Made by a program: the position numbers and the translations under genes
DNA from: Candidatus Saccharimonadota bacterium
GTDB taxonomy: Bacteria; Bacteroidota; Bacteroidia; Flavobacteriales; Blattabacteriaceae
Reading direction: 5' to 3'
NCBI RefSeq assembly: GCF_014252415.1
Contig: NZ_CP059223.1
Coordinates: 270,001-302,000, forward strand
DNA: 32,000 nt
Notes under the pieces: model-generated
Database searches by the model: none
Seen by the model: only the letters and a program-made list of their open reading frames with translations
Told to the model about the DNA's origin: nothing
In this document: in pieces, positions 8,924 through 19,229 of the stretch
Layout: every line of letters begins with the position of its first letter
Numbering within the stretch: the stretch's first letter is position 1

Positions 8924-9724
8924 TTATATTATAAATGATTCACTAATCCCAGTTTTAGAAAAACCACCATCATGATATAAATTTTGCATTGTTACTTTTC
9001 TTGTAAAATCTGAAAATAACATAATTATGTAATTAGCACAATCTTGTGATGATGCATTACCTAATGGAGACATTTTATTAGATAAATTTAAAAATTTATC
9101 AAATTTTTGAATAGACTTAGAGGATCTAGTAATAGTAGGAGATTGTGATACTGTATTTACCCTAACTTTATTTTTTATTCCCCAATAATATCCAAAATTT
9201 CTAGTAATACTTTCTAAATAAGATTTATAGTCAGACATGTCTACATAAAATGGAAAACTACGATTAGAAGCAATATAAGTTAATGCTACGATTGAACCCC
9301 ATTTATTCATTGCTTCTTTTTCCCAAGCTACTTTCATTATTTTATGAAAGGATATAGAAGATATATCCCATCCTTTTTTTAAAAAATCATAATTTAAATT
9401 TGGATAACTTATTTTTTTTCTTATATTAATGGACATTGCTATGGAATGAAGTATAAAATCAATTTTTCCTCCTAAAAAATTTAATGATTTTTCAAATAGT
9501 ATATTTAGATCTTTTATAGATGTTGCGTCTGCGGGAATAATTATAGATTCTGTTTTATTAGATAAATTTTTTATATTCCCCATTCTTATTGAAACTGGAG
9601 TATTAGTTAATACAAATTTTGCTTTTTCTTCATAAGAACGTAATGCTACTTTCCATGCAATAGAATTTTCATCTAAAGCACCAAATATAATACCTTTTTT
9701 ACCTTTTAAAAGATTATAAGACAT
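8924..9724 (-). CDS. fabI: Enoyl-[acyl-carrier-protein] reductase (NADH), FabI type
   Basis: 266-aa ORF. The N-terminus LLKGKKGIIFGALDENSIAW is typical of FabI, with SDR-like architecture. Confidence 0.88.
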   Translation of the reverse strand: MSYNLLKGKKGIIFGALDENSIAWKVALRSYEEKAKFVLTNTPVSIRMGNIKNLSNKTESIIIPADATSIKDLNILFEKSLNFLGGKIDFILHSIAMSINIRKKISYPNLNYDFLKKGWDISSISFHKIMKVAWEKEAMNKWGSIVALTYIASNRSFPFYVDMSDYKSYLESITRNFGYYWGIKNKVRVNTVSQSPTITRSSKSIQKFDKFLNLSNKMSPLGNASSQDCANYIIMLFSDFTRKVTMQNLYHDGGFSKTGISESFII

Positions 9725-9737
9725 GAATATAATTATA

Positions 9738-11000
9738 TTAAAATTTTTTCAAAAAAACATCTTTAATAACTGATAAATAGTCTAATTTTTCCCAAGTAAA
9801 AAGTTCTAGATCTTTTCTAATAGAATTACCCATTATATCAAAAAAATATTTAGAAATTTTTTTAGGGGTTCTTCCCATATGTCCATATACAGAAGTTTCT
9901 TCGTATATGGGTTGACGTAAATTAAGTCTTTTTTCTATAGAGAATGGTCTTAAATCAAATAATTTATTTATATTATGAGCAACTATTTCATCTTTAATAT
10001 TTATTTTTGATTTACCATAGGTATTTACAAAAACATTAATAGGATAATCAACTCCTGCAATATAAGATATTTGTAATAACACTTCATCTGATAACCCGGA
10101 TGCTACAATATTTTTTGCTATATGTCTAGCTTCATAAGCTCCAGATCTATCCATTTTAGATGGATCTTTTCCAGAAAAAGCTCCTCCTCCATGAGCTCCT
10201 CTCCCACCATAAGTATCAACAATAATTTTTCTACCAGTTAATCCTGTGTCTCCATTAGGTCCACCAATAACAAATCTTCCAGTAGAATTTATATAATATT
10301 TTGTCCGTTCCGTAAATAAATTTTTATTTTTTTTTGATAAAAAATTATTTTTAAATCTAGGAATTAATATATTTTTAATGTCCTTAACAATTTTTTTATT
10401 CATATTGATTGAAGTATCAAAATCATCATGTTGAATAGAAATAACTATAGCATGAACATGTATTGGTATATCTTTATTAGAATATTCTATAGTTACTTGA
10501 GATTTTGCGTCCGGACGAAGATATTTCATTTGATTTCCCTCATTTCTTATATTTGAAAGTTCTTTCAATAAATTATGAGAAATTTCTAAAGATAATGGAA
10601 TATAATTTTTTGATTCTTTCACTGCATATCCAAAAACAATACATTGATCTCCTGCCCCTCTATTTTTTTTATTACGTTTTTCAATTCCATTTAATAAATC
10701 TAAAGATTGTCCGTGAATAGATGTCAAAACTCCACAAGAGTTGGCATGAAAATTATATTCGTTTTTGGTATAACCTATTTTTTTTAATATGTTTCTACAT
10801 ATTTTATGTATGTTTACCCATATTTTTGAGTTAACTTCTCCAGAAACTATAACTTGTCCTGTAGTTACCATTGTTTCTAAGGCTACTTTTGAATTAGGAT
10901 CAAATGCTAAAAAATTATCTAATATACCATCTGATATTTGATCTGAAATTTTATCAGGATGACCTTCTGAAACAGATTCACTAGTAAATAGATAAGACAT
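9738..11000 (-). CDS. metK: S-adenosylmethionine synthetase
   Basis: 420-aa ORF with motifs FTSESVSEGHPDKISDQISD, GAGDQ and GGGAFSGKDPSKMDRSGAY. Confidence 0.95.
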   Translation of the reverse strand: MSYLFTSESVSEGHPDKISDQISDGILDNFLAFDPNSKVALETMVTTGQVIVSGEVNSKIWVNIHKICRNILKKIGYTKNEYNFHANSCGVLTSIHGQSLDLLNGIEKRNKKNRGAGDQCIVFGYAVKESKNYIPLSLEISHNLLKELSNIRNEGNQMKYLRPDAKSQVTIEYSNKDIPIHVHAIVISIQHDDFDTSINMNKKIVKDIKNILIPRFKNNFLSKKNKNLFTERTKYYINSTGRFVIGGPNGDTGLTGRKIIVDTYGGRGAHGGGAFSGKDPSKMDRSGAYEARHIAKNIVASGLSDEVLLQISYIAGVDYPINVFVNTYGKSKINIKDEIVAHNINKLFDLRPFSIEKRLNLRQPIYEETSVYGHMGRTPKKISKYFFDIMGNSIRKDLELFTWEKLDYLSVIKDVFLKKF

Positions 11001-11011
11001 TTTTATTAAAA

Positions 11012-12085
11012 CTATTCCCTAATTTTATTTTGAATTTTTATAGATTCTTTATGTAATACATTAAAAATGTTTTCAATAAGTTCTTTTGAAATTCCAAAAT
11101 TTTTTCCTATTTCAATATAATTTTCCATAATTAATTTCCATCTATTTGGTTGTAATGTATTTATATTTAATTTTTTTTTTAAAACCCCTAATTTTTTAGA
11201 TATTTCCATTCTTTTTGATAAAATTGATATAACATTTTCGTCTAATTCATCTATTAAGATTCGTAAAGAATCTATTTCTTTTTTATATTCAAACTCATTA
11301 TTTTGAATTTTTTTCAAAAAATTTAATAAATGATTTGGATGAATCTGCTGTTTAGAATCACTCCATGCATTATCTGGATCACAATGAGTTTCTATCATAA
11401 GTCCATCACATTTAAAATTCTTAATTGATTGAGTAGATACATCAAATATATGATCTCTATTTCCACATATATGAGAAGGATCGCATATAATTGGTATTCT
11501 AGGTAGAATTTTTTTAATATGCAATAAAATATCCCAATTTGGATTATTACGATATTTAAGGCTTTTGTAACTAAAAAAACCACGATGTATTAACCCCAAT
11601 TTTCTAATTCCTTTTTCATATAAACGCTCTAAAGCCCCCATCCATAATTCTATATCTGGATGAATTGGATTTTTTATCAAAATGATTCTTTTGTTATTAT
11701 CATGTTCTAGTGACTCTGCTATTTCTTGAACAACAAAAGGACTTGTAGTACTTCTCGCTCCAATCCATAAAATATCTATATCATAAGATATACATAATTC
11801 AACATGTTCTGCATTAGCAATCTCAGTTGATACCATTAATCCTGTATATTTTTTTACTTTATTTAACCATATTAACCCATCTTCTCCAACACCTTCAAAA
11901 TTACCTGGTTTAGTTCTAGGTTTCCATATTCCAGCTCTAAAAACATTAATATATGACTGATTTAATTTTTTTGCTATATCTAATACTTGTTTTTCACTTT
12001 CCGCACTACAGGGACCAGATATTACAAAAGGTTTATTAAATTTATCAATCCAAGATCTATCTAAATTGTTATTTAATTTATCCAT
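11012..12085 (-). CDS. aroG: Bifunctional 3-deoxy-7-phosphoheptulonate (DAHP) synthase (type I-beta, KdsA-like) / chorismate mutase
   Basis: 357-aa ORF. The N-terminal about 270 aa is DAHP-synthase-like (ISGPCSAES, RAGIWKPRT, DPSH). The C-terminal about 85 aa is AroQ chorismate-mutase-like (LRILIDELDENVISILSKRMEISKKLG). Confidence 0.88.
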   Translation of the reverse strand: MDKLNNNLDRSWIDKFNKPFVISGPCSAESEKQVLDIAKKLNQSYINVFRAGIWKPRTKPGNFEGVGEDGLIWLNKVKKYTGLMVSTEIANAEHVELCISYDIDILWIGARSTTSPFVVQEIAESLEHDNNKRIILIKNPIHPDIELWMGALERLYEKGIRKLGLIHRGFFSYKSLKYRNNPNWDILLHIKKILPRIPIICDPSHICGNRDHIFDVSTQSIKNFKCDGLMIETHCDPDNAWSDSKQQIHPNHLLNFLKKIQNNEFEYKKEIDSLRILIDELDENVISILSKRMEISKKLGVLKKKLNINTLQPNRWKLIMENYIEIGKNFGISKELIENIFNVLHKESIKIQNKIRE

Positions 12086-12133
12086 TATAATTAACTATAT
12101 TACATTTAATTTACACAATATTTTTTTTAATCA

Positions 12134-12991
12134 TTATTCATAATTTATATCGTTAATTATTTTATTTATATTATATTTTTTTAAATATTTATGAATTTTA
12201 TAAATATTTTTTTCCAAAAGAAGATTATTAAAAGATTTTAAAAAATTTATATATAAATGTATAGTATCAATTAAGTTATCTCTATTGTCTAAAAAAATAG
12301 GTGTCCACGTATCAGAACTACTTTTTGATAAACGTGTAGTGGAAATTAATCCATTTCCAATTATTTTGATAAATTTTTTTTTATTATACAAAAATTTTTT
12401 AAAAATGATTCTAGATAAAACAAAAGATATTACATGAGGTAAATGTGATACATAGGATATGTATATATCATGTTCTTTAGACTCCATATAACTAACATTC
12501 ATTTTTAAAATATTAAAAATTTTATTAGTAGTTAATAATGCGTCTGGATCACTTAATTTTTTGTCACAAATAATACAATTTTTTCTATAAAAAAGATTGT
12601 ATCTAGCTGATTGAGGACCAGAATTTTCTATCCCAGCAATTGGATGAGATGCAACAAAACGTCCTCTATTTTTATTAGAAATAATACTTTTACATATACT
12701 ATATTTAGTAGAACCAGTATCAAATACAACTTGTTTTTTATTTACTTTATTAAGAATATTATTTAATATTTTTATTATCTCATCTACAGGAATAGATAAT
12801 ATTATTATTGATGATATTTTTATTAGATCTTGAAATGATACAATCTTATTAATAATTCCTATTTTTAATGCACAATCGGAGTTTTTCTTATTAAAATCAA
12901 ACCCTATAACATTATAATTAAATTTTCTCAATGAGAATCCAATAGATCCACCAATTAATCCTAATCCTATTATACCAATAATAGTTTTCAT
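12134..12991 (-). CDS. tyrA: Prephenate dehydrogenase
   Basis: 285-aa ORF with Rossmann motif IGIIGLGLIGGS and SHPIAG. The start overlaps the upstream aminotransferase stop by 4 nt (ATGA). Confidence 0.88.
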   Translation of the reverse strand: MKTIIGIIGLGLIGGSIGFSLRKFNYNVIGFDFNKKNSDCALKIGIINKIVSFQDLIKISSIIILSIPVDEIIKILNNILNKVNKKQVVFDTGSTKYSICKSIISNKNRGRFVASHPIAGIENSGPQSARYNLFYRKNCIICDKKLSDPDALLTTNKIFNILKMNVSYMESKEHDIYISYVSHLPHVISFVLSRIIFKKFLYNKKKFIKIIGNGLISTTRLSKSSSDTWTPIFLDNRDNLIDTIHLYINFLKSFNNLLLEKNIYKIHKYLKKYNINKIINDINYE

Positions 12992-14136
12992 GAAAGAATT
13001 CTATTTTTAACTTTTTTTAATGTTTTTACGGAACAACAAAAAAATCTAACATAACCTTTTCCATTAGTACCAAATATTTGTCCTGGAGTAATGAATGTAT
13101 AATATTTTTTTAAAAATTTATTTGACCATTCTAAATCATTATCACAATTAGTTAATTTTGCCCATACAAAAATTCCTGATTTATTATATTTTGAATATTT
13201 TATTTTTAAAATATCACAAATTTCCCATATAATTTTTCTACGATTAGAATATTCTTTATTTAATATCTTAAACCAATTTTTATTATATCTCATCGCTTCT
13301 ATAGCACCAATTTGGATTGGATAATACATACCTGAATCCATTTGACTTTTAACTTTTAAAATATTTTTAATAAAATTTTTTTTTCCTATTATCATCCCCA
13401 CCCTCCATCCAGGAATATTATAACTTTTACTTAATGAATTTAATTCTATAGCTATATTTCTAGCATTTTTTATATTAAAAATACTTAAAAAACGATTATT
13501 ATTTATACAACTATAAGGATTGTCATAAACAATAAGAATACCATTTTTTTCAGCTAAAAGAATAAGTTCCTCTAATTTTTTTATTTGAATATCAGCACCT
13601 GTTGGCATATGAGGATAATTAACCCAAATAATTTTTACTTTTGATAAATTCATTAATTTTAAAGATTTAATATTTGGAATCCAATTTTCATTTTCATTTA
13701 AATTATAATAAATAATTTTTGCTCCTAAAAGTTTAGATACAGAAGTATAAGTTGGATATCCAGGATTTGGAACAAGAACTTGATCTCCTTTATCTAAATA
13801 AGACATAGCTATATACATAATTCCTTCTTTTGATCCCATTAATGGTAAAATTTCGTTATCAGGATTTATATTTACTTGATATATTTTATTATACCAATCA
13901 GAAATAGCTTTTCTTAAAGCATCTAATCCTATTGAACTTTGGTAATAATTTGCATGTGTCAATTCTGATGCTTTTTTCATTTTATATATAACACTTTTTG
14001 GAGGAAGAATATCTGGATTACCCATTCCTAAATTAATAACTTTTATCCCATTTTTTTCAAATTCATTAATTTCTCTAATTTTTTTTGAAAAAAAATATTC
14101 AGATATTTTTTTTATATTTTTAGATTTTATAATCAT
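12988..14136 (-). CDS. Class I/II PLP aminotransferase embedded in the Phe/Tyr operon (probable aromatic/prephenate aminotransferase)
   Basis: 382-aa ORF with NLGMGNPD, a YDNPY segment and the PLP-lysine motif SLSKSYNIPGWRVG. Its position between pheA and tyrA suggests the role; this is inference. Confidence 0.8.
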   Translation of the reverse strand: MIIKSKNIKKISEYFFSKKIREINEFEKNGIKVINLGMGNPDILPPKSVIYKMKKASELTHANYYQSSIGLDALRKAISDWYNKIYQVNINPDNEILPLMGSKEGIMYIAMSYLDKGDQVLVPNPGYPTYTSVSKLLGAKIIYYNLNENENWIPNIKSLKLMNLSKVKIIWVNYPHMPTGADIQIKKLEELILLAEKNGILIVYDNPYSCINNNRFLSIFNIKNARNIAIELNSLSKSYNIPGWRVGMIIGKKNFIKNILKVKSQMDSGMYYPIQIGAIEAMRYNKNWFKILNKEYSNRRKIIWEICDILKIKYSKYNKSGIFVWAKLTNCDNDLEWSNKFLKKYYTFITPGQIFGTNGKGYVRFFCCSVKTLKKVKNRILS

Positions 14137-14145
14137 AATCTATAT

Positions 14146-14982
14146 TTAATTAGACATACCATTTTTATATTCTCCCATAATTAACATATGATGAAGAAGT
14201 GAGATTTTTTTTATATTTTTTTTCATTTTTTCATAATTATTTATGTTATTAAATATAATATCTATATAAAATGAATATTCCCATGGACTGTGTACAATTG
14301 GTATTGATTGTATTTTTGTCATATTTATTTTAAAATTTGATATTAAACTTAATATTTTAGATAAACTACCTGTGGTATGTGAAATATTTAATCTTAATGA
14401 TGCTTTATTAAAATAATTATTATTATAAATATGATGTTTATTTTTAATTATAAAAAATCTTGTAAAATTATTATTTATAGTTTGAATATTATCATATAAT
14501 ATTTCTAATCCATATTCATTTGAAGCTTCTTTTGAAGCAATTGCTGCTATTTTTTTTTTTTTATTTTTAGATATATATTCTGCAGCAGAAGCTGTATCTG
14601 AATACTCAGATATTTTTATATGTGGATATGTATCTATAAATAATTCACATTGTAGAAAAGCCATAGGATGAGATATAATCTCTTTTATATCTTCTATTTT
14701 TTGTCCTGGATATGCTATTAAATAATGTTTTATGGGCATAAAAATTTCTCCTATAATTTTTAATCTATACTCAGATAGAAGATTATAATTGGTTAATATG
14801 GTCCCAGCTATAGTATTTTCTATTGCCATAACTCCAAAATCTACATCTGATTTTGCTACATAAGATGCCAATTCTCTAAAAGAATAACATTCCATTAATT
14901 GATAATCATTATTTTCAAAATATTTAGAAGCAGCAGCATGATGAAAACAACCTTTTATCCCTTGTATCGCTATTACATTCAT
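14146..14982 (-). CDS. pheA: Prephenate dehydratase
   Basis: 278-aa ORF with a periplasmic-binding-like PDT domain (IAIQGIKGCFHHAAA, ENTIAGT) and a C-terminal ACT domain. Contains an in-frame A13 tract (14550..14562). Confidence 0.88.
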   Translation of the reverse strand: MNVIAIQGIKGCFHHAAASKYFENNDYQLMECYSFRELASYVAKSDVDFGVMAIENTIAGTILTNYNLLSEYRLKIIGEIFMPIKHYLIAYPGQKIEDIKEIISHPMAFLQCELFIDTYPHIKISEYSDTASAAEYISKNKKKKIAAIASKEASNEYGLEILYDNIQTINNNFTRFFIIKNKHHIYNNNYFNKASLRLNISHTTGSLSKILSLISNFKINMTKIQSIPIVHSPWEYSFYIDIIFNNINNYEKMKKNIKKISLLHHMLIMGEYKNGMSN

Positions 14983-15042
14983 ATAAATACTTTAAATCAA
15001 TATAAATTTTTTTCTAAATGTATTGTATATTGAATTATATTT

Positions 15043-15492
15043 TTATGATGATAAGATTTCAAAATCTAATAAAAATTCGTGTTTTCTATGTAAACGAATA
15101 TTTGCTTGATATTTTCCAACTGATTTTATAACTTTATTACCAACAATTTTTATATATTGTTTTTTTATATCCATTCCTTTTTTACTAATAAATTCTGATA
15201 TATTTTGATTATTAATAGATCCAAATATTTTTCCGTTTTTATTAACTTTTACATAAATTTTTATTATGATTTTTCCTAATTTTTTTTCTATATCTTTTGA
15301 TTTTTCGATTAAGTATTTATCCTTTTTATTACGTTGTTTTAAAATTTCATTATTATTTTTTATGGAACTATATGATGCAAAAATAGCTAATCCTTTAGGA
15401 ATTAAATAATTTCTTGCATATCCAGATTTTACATGAATTTCATCATATTGAAACCCTAAATTTTCTACATATTTTTTCAGTATAATTTTCAT
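15043..15492 (-). CDS. rplI: 50S ribosomal protein L9
   Basis: 149-aa ORF. N-terminus MKIILKKYVENLGFQYDEIHVKSGYARNYLIPKGLA is typical of L9. Last gene of the rpsF-rpsR-rplI cluster. Confidence 0.93.
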   Translation of the reverse strand: MKIILKKYVENLGFQYDEIHVKSGYARNYLIPKGLAIFASYSSIKNNNEILKQRNKKDKYLIEKSKDIEKKLGKIIIKIYVKVNKNGKIFGSINNQNISEFISKKGMDIKKQYIKIVGNKVIKSVGKYQANIRLHRKHEFLLDFEILSS

Positions 15493-15510
15493 AAGATTAT
15501 AATTTTTATT

Positions 15511-15918
15511 TTATCTTAAATCATCTGTAACAAAAGGTAATAAACCAATTTGTCTACATCTTTTAATAGCGGAATTTAATTTATTTTGATTTTTTTGTAT
15601 AGTTCCTGTAATTCTACGTGGTAAAATTTTACCTTGCGCATTAAGAAATTTTATTAAAAAAATAGGATCCTTATAATCTATAAATTTGATACCTCTTTTA
15701 TTAAAATAACAATATTTTTTTTCTACTTTAGTTTCTATTTTAATTGGAGATAAATATCGAATATTATTTTCTGATGATTTTTTTACTTCACTATCTTTTT
15801 CTTTACTTTCTTTACTTTCTTTACTTTCTTTACTTTCTTTACTTTCTTTACTTTCTTTACTTTCTTTACTTTCTTTACTTTCTTTACTTTCTTTACTTTC
15901 TTTACTTTCAGTTGTCAT
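15511..15918 (-). CDS. rpsR: 30S ribosomal protein S18 with an N-terminal (Glu-Ser-Lys)12 repeat extension
   Basis: 135-aa ORF. C-terminal core YKDPIFLIKFLNAQGKILPRRITGT...AIKRCRQIGLLPF is canonical S18. Residues 4-39 are twelve ESK units. Confidence 0.93.
   Translation of the reverse strand: MTTESKESKESKESKESKESKESKESKESKESKESKESKEKDSEVKKSSENNIRYLSPIKIETKVEKKYCYFNKRGIKFIDYKDPIFLIKFLNAQGKILPRRITGTIQKNQNKLNSAIKRCRQIGLLPFVTDDLR
15801..15908. repeat. Perfect tandem repeat, 9-bp unit x 12 (plus strand CTTTACTTT; coding sense GAAAGTAAA)
   Basis: Read directly: period-9 identity with no mismatch from 15801 to 15908. In frame inside rpsR. Confidence 0.97.
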
Positions 15919-16268
15919 AATTTTTCATCTGTTTTAAATAATTTTTTTCTTCTTTTTTCTGCATATTCAACCCCATATTTATTTAATTTTATTGTTAAAA
16001 AACGTAAAATTCGTTCATCTTGTTTTAGTTTTAATTCAAAATTATAAATTAAACTAGGATCTAATACAAATTCTAATAAATGATAACATCCACTTTTTTT
16101 TTTATGAATAGAATAAGCTAATTTTTTTAATCCCCAATGTTCTTGATGAATGATTGTTCCTTTTTTTTTAATTAAATAATCTTGGTATTCTCTAGCAGTA
16201 TTTTTTGCTTGATCATCAGATAATATTGGAGTAATTATCATAATAGATTCATAATGTTTTTTCAACAT
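15915..16268 (-). CDS. rpsF: 30S ribosomal protein S6
   Basis: 117-aa ORF with MLKKHYESIMIITP...EHWGLKKLAYSI. Its TGA stop overlaps the rpsR ATG (ATGA, 15915..15918). Confidence 0.92.
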   Translation of the reverse strand: MLKKHYESIMIITPILSDDQAKNTAREYQDYLIKKKGTIIHQEHWGLKKLAYSIHKKKSGCYHLLEFVLDPSLIYNFELKLKQDERILRFLTIKLNKYGVEYAEKRRKKLFKTDEKL

Positions 16269-16289
16269 ACATAAATTATTTTTTATTAA

Positions 16290-17777
16290 TTATATACTTT
16301 TTATAAATTTTTTTATTCTTTTTATACTATGTCTTTTTCCTAACATTTCTAAAATTTTTAATAAATTAATTCCTTTAAGTTTACCAACAATAGCTAATCG
16401 TATTAATTGCATAGAAAATTTTTTTTCTTTTAATCCTTGAAATATACATTTTAATTGACTGAATGAGAATGGATCTATATTTAATTTATCTAATAGTATT
16501 TTTATATTTTCTACTATAGAATTTTTATCTTTTATTTCATATAAAAAATCTTTTTCATAATAATTAGGTTCTATAAAAAAATAATAAGTATGATTCCATA
16601 TTTCATGAACAAAATTTACTCTATCAATTGTTAAGTTGATAACTTTCCACAAAAAATCATTACTATATGAAATAGAACGATTTTTTAATTTTTTTTCTAA
16701 AAATAAAAAAATTTTATTTTTATTTTTAATGATATATTGTTTATTAAACCATATTGCTTTTTTTTTATCAAAAAAAACACCAGATTTATTAATTTTTTTA
16801 ATGGAAAAAAAATTAATTAATTCTTTTAAAGAAAAAATTTCTCTATTATTACCAGGATTCCATCCTAATAAAGCTAACATATTAATAAAAGCATCTGGAA
16901 AATATCCTAATTCTTTATACCCATTAATTTTTATATTAGTATTTGATTCTATCCATTGAATTGGAAATAATGGTGAATCTAAAGAAGAGATATTTCTTTT
17001 ACTAATTTTTCCCTTTCCATTTCTATTTAAAATTAATGGTAAATGAGCAAAATTAGGAGGTGACCAACCAAAAGATTGATATATTAAAATGTGTAAAAAC
17101 ATAGAAGATATCCATTCTTCCCCCCTTAATACATGAGTAATTTTCATGATATGATCATCTACAGTATTAGCTAAATGATACGTAGCTGTTCCATTTGATT
17201 TTAATAATATTTTATCATCCAAATAATTTGTATTAAATTCTATACAACCACGAATCATATCATGTACTTTTAATGATAATCCAGGTGTTACTTTAAATCG
17301 TATTACATATGGAATCTTAGATTTTAATTTTTTAGTTAATTTTTCTTTTGTCATAGTTAATGAATTATTTAATGACATTCTAATTTTATGATCATAAGTA
17401 AAATTAACACCTAATTTTTCACATTCTTTTCTTTTTATTTTAATATCCTTATCCGTATCAAATGCATAATAAGCATATTTTTTTTTTAATAAAAAATCTA
17501 AATACAATCTATATATATGACCTCTTTTAGATTGTTGATATGGAGCATAAGGACCTCCATATCCAAATCCTTCATCAGGTTCTATTCCACACCATTTCAA
17601 TGATTTTAAAATATACGATTCAGCATGAGATAAATAACGATCTTGATCTGTATCTTCAATCCTAAGAATAAATTTTCCATTATATTTTTTAGCTAATAAA
17701 TAGTTATACAAGGCTGTCCTTATACCACCTAAATGTATTGGACCAGTAGGACTAGGAGCAAAACGAACTCTGATCAT
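16290..17777 (-). CDS. gltX: Glutamyl-tRNA synthetase
   Basis: 495-aa ORF. RFAPSPTGPIHLGGIRTALYNY is the HIGH region; KISKR is the KMSKS equivalent. Confidence 0.94.
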   Translation of the reverse strand: MIRVRFAPSPTGPIHLGGIRTALYNYLLAKKYNGKFILRIEDTDQDRYLSHAESYILKSLKWCGIEPDEGFGYGGPYAPYQQSKRGHIYRLYLDFLLKKKYAYYAFDTDKDIKIKRKECEKLGVNFTYDHKIRMSLNNSLTMTKEKLTKKLKSKIPYVIRFKVTPGLSLKVHDMIRGCIEFNTNYLDDKILLKSNGTATYHLANTVDDHIMKITHVLRGEEWISSMFLHILIYQSFGWSPPNFAHLPLILNRNGKGKISKRNISSLDSPLFPIQWIESNTNIKINGYKELGYFPDAFINMLALLGWNPGNNREIFSLKELINFFSIKKINKSGVFFDKKKAIWFNKQYIIKNKNKIFLFLEKKLKNRSISYSNDFLWKVINLTIDRVNFVHEIWNHTYYFFIEPNYYEKDFLYEIKDKNSIVENIKILLDKLNIDPFSFSQLKCIFQGLKEKKFSMQLIRLAIVGKLKGINLLKILEMLGKRHSIKRIKKFIKSI

Positions 17778-17810
17778 AAGTAGTAGAATTTAACATAATA
17801 GAATACAAAA

Positions 17811-19229
17811 TTATTTTCCAATACAAAATTTAGAAAAAATATTATTTAATATATCATCATTTGTTATTTCTCCTGTTATTTCTTCTAAATATTTTAAAGA
17901 ATTTTTTATATGCATTGATATTATTAAATATTCTGAAGGATTCTTATTAAAAATATCAAAAGATATTAAAATTTCTTCTAATGATTTTTTTAATGCTTCA
18001 TAATGTCGTATTTGAGTAATAATAATTTTACTATTTTCTAATTTTTTAATAAAAATTCTACTTAAAGTATTAAGTATTTTTTTTATACCATTACAATTTT
18101 TTGCAGAAATTTCGAAAAAATATGACATATTTGATTTAAAATTTTGAATATCATAAAAATTTGATATATCAGATTTATTCGCTATTGTAAATATAATTTT
18201 TTTTGTATATTTCTTACTAAAGAAATAAATATTATTAAAAATTTTTTTTTGTTTTTCATCTTCTGATGAAATAGATGAATCAAAAACATATAGTATTACT
18301 TGAGAGTCTTCAATTTTTTCTATTGTTTTATTAATTCCCATAATTTCTATCGAATTGTTAGATTTTCGTAAACCAGCTGTATCAATAAAACGAAAAAGAA
18401 TTCCATCTAAAATTATTGTCCCTTCTATACAATCTCTAGTTGTTCCTTGTACAGGAGAAACTATTGATCTACTTTCTTTAATAATTTGATTAAATAAAGT
18501 AGATTTACCTACATTAGTATCTCCAATAATTACTACATTAATACCATTTTTAATAGAATTTCCTAATGAAAAAGATTCAACAATATACTGTAATTTTTTT
18601 TTTATATTTTTTAAATCATACATCATACAATTATTATTGTAAGATATTAAATGTTCCTCAGAAAAATCCAATTCTAATTCTAATATCGAAATAAAATCTA
18701 TTAACTTTTTTTTTATATTTTTTATTTCTTTAGATAAATGACCTTTAATATGTTGAATATTTATATCATTACATGACTCATTTTCTGAAGAAATTAATTC
18801 TGAAATAGCTTCAGCTTGTGTTAAATCTAATTTTTTATTTAAAAATGCACGTAATGTAAATTCTCCAGAACGAGCTAATCTCATTCCTTTATTTATTAAT
18901 AGTTTTATTATATTTTTTTGTATATAACTAGATCCATGACACGATATTTCAATCATATTTTCACCAGTATAAGAAAAAGGTGATTTAAATATAGAAACTA
19001 ATACTTGATCAAATACTTTACCTTTAGTATTAAATGATTTATCTTTAATAAAACCTAAATGAATTGTATGTGTAGATTGTTTTAATAATTTTTTTCCATT
19101 TTTTATTGAACTGAAAACACTATCAACAATAGATATAGAATTTTTTCCAGAAATTCTAATAATAGAAATTGCACTGGGACCATAAGGGGTTGCTGAAGCA
19201 ATAATTGTATCGTTTTCTTTTAAAAACAT
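17811..19229 (-). CDS. mnmE: tRNA modification GTPase MnmE (TrmE)
   Basis: 472-aa ORF with G-domain P-loop GDTNVGKSTLFN, DTAG, and the C-terminal CIGK motif. Confidence 0.93.
   Translation of the reverse strand: MFLKENDTIIASATPYGPSAISIIRISGKNSISIVDSVFSSIKNGKKLLKQSTHTIHLGFIKDKSFNTKGKVFDQVLVSIFKSPFSYTGENMIEISCHGSSYIQKNIIKLLINKGMRLARSGEFTLRAFLNKKLDLTQAEAISELISSENESCNDINIQHIKGHLSKEIKNIKKKLIDFISILELELDFSEEHLISYNNNCMMYDLKNIKKKLQYIVESFSLGNSIKNGINVVIIGDTNVGKSTLFNQIIKESRSIVSPVQGTTRDCIEGTIILDGILFRFIDTAGLRKSNNSIEIMGINKTIEKIEDSQVILYVFDSSISSEDEKQKKIFNNIYFFSKKYTKKIIFTIANKSDISNFYDIQNFKSNMSYFFEISAKNCNGIKKILNTLSRIFIKKLENSKIIITQIRHYEALKKSLEEILISFDIFNKNPSEYLIISMHIKNSLKYLEEITGEITNDDILNNIFSKFCIGK

Noticed and set aside
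15801-15908. Considered whether the period-9 array could be a CRISPR-like or regulatory repeat.
   Set aside because: There are no spacers, the unit is only 9 bp, and the array is perfectly in frame inside rpsR. It is a coding microsatellite or minisatellite.
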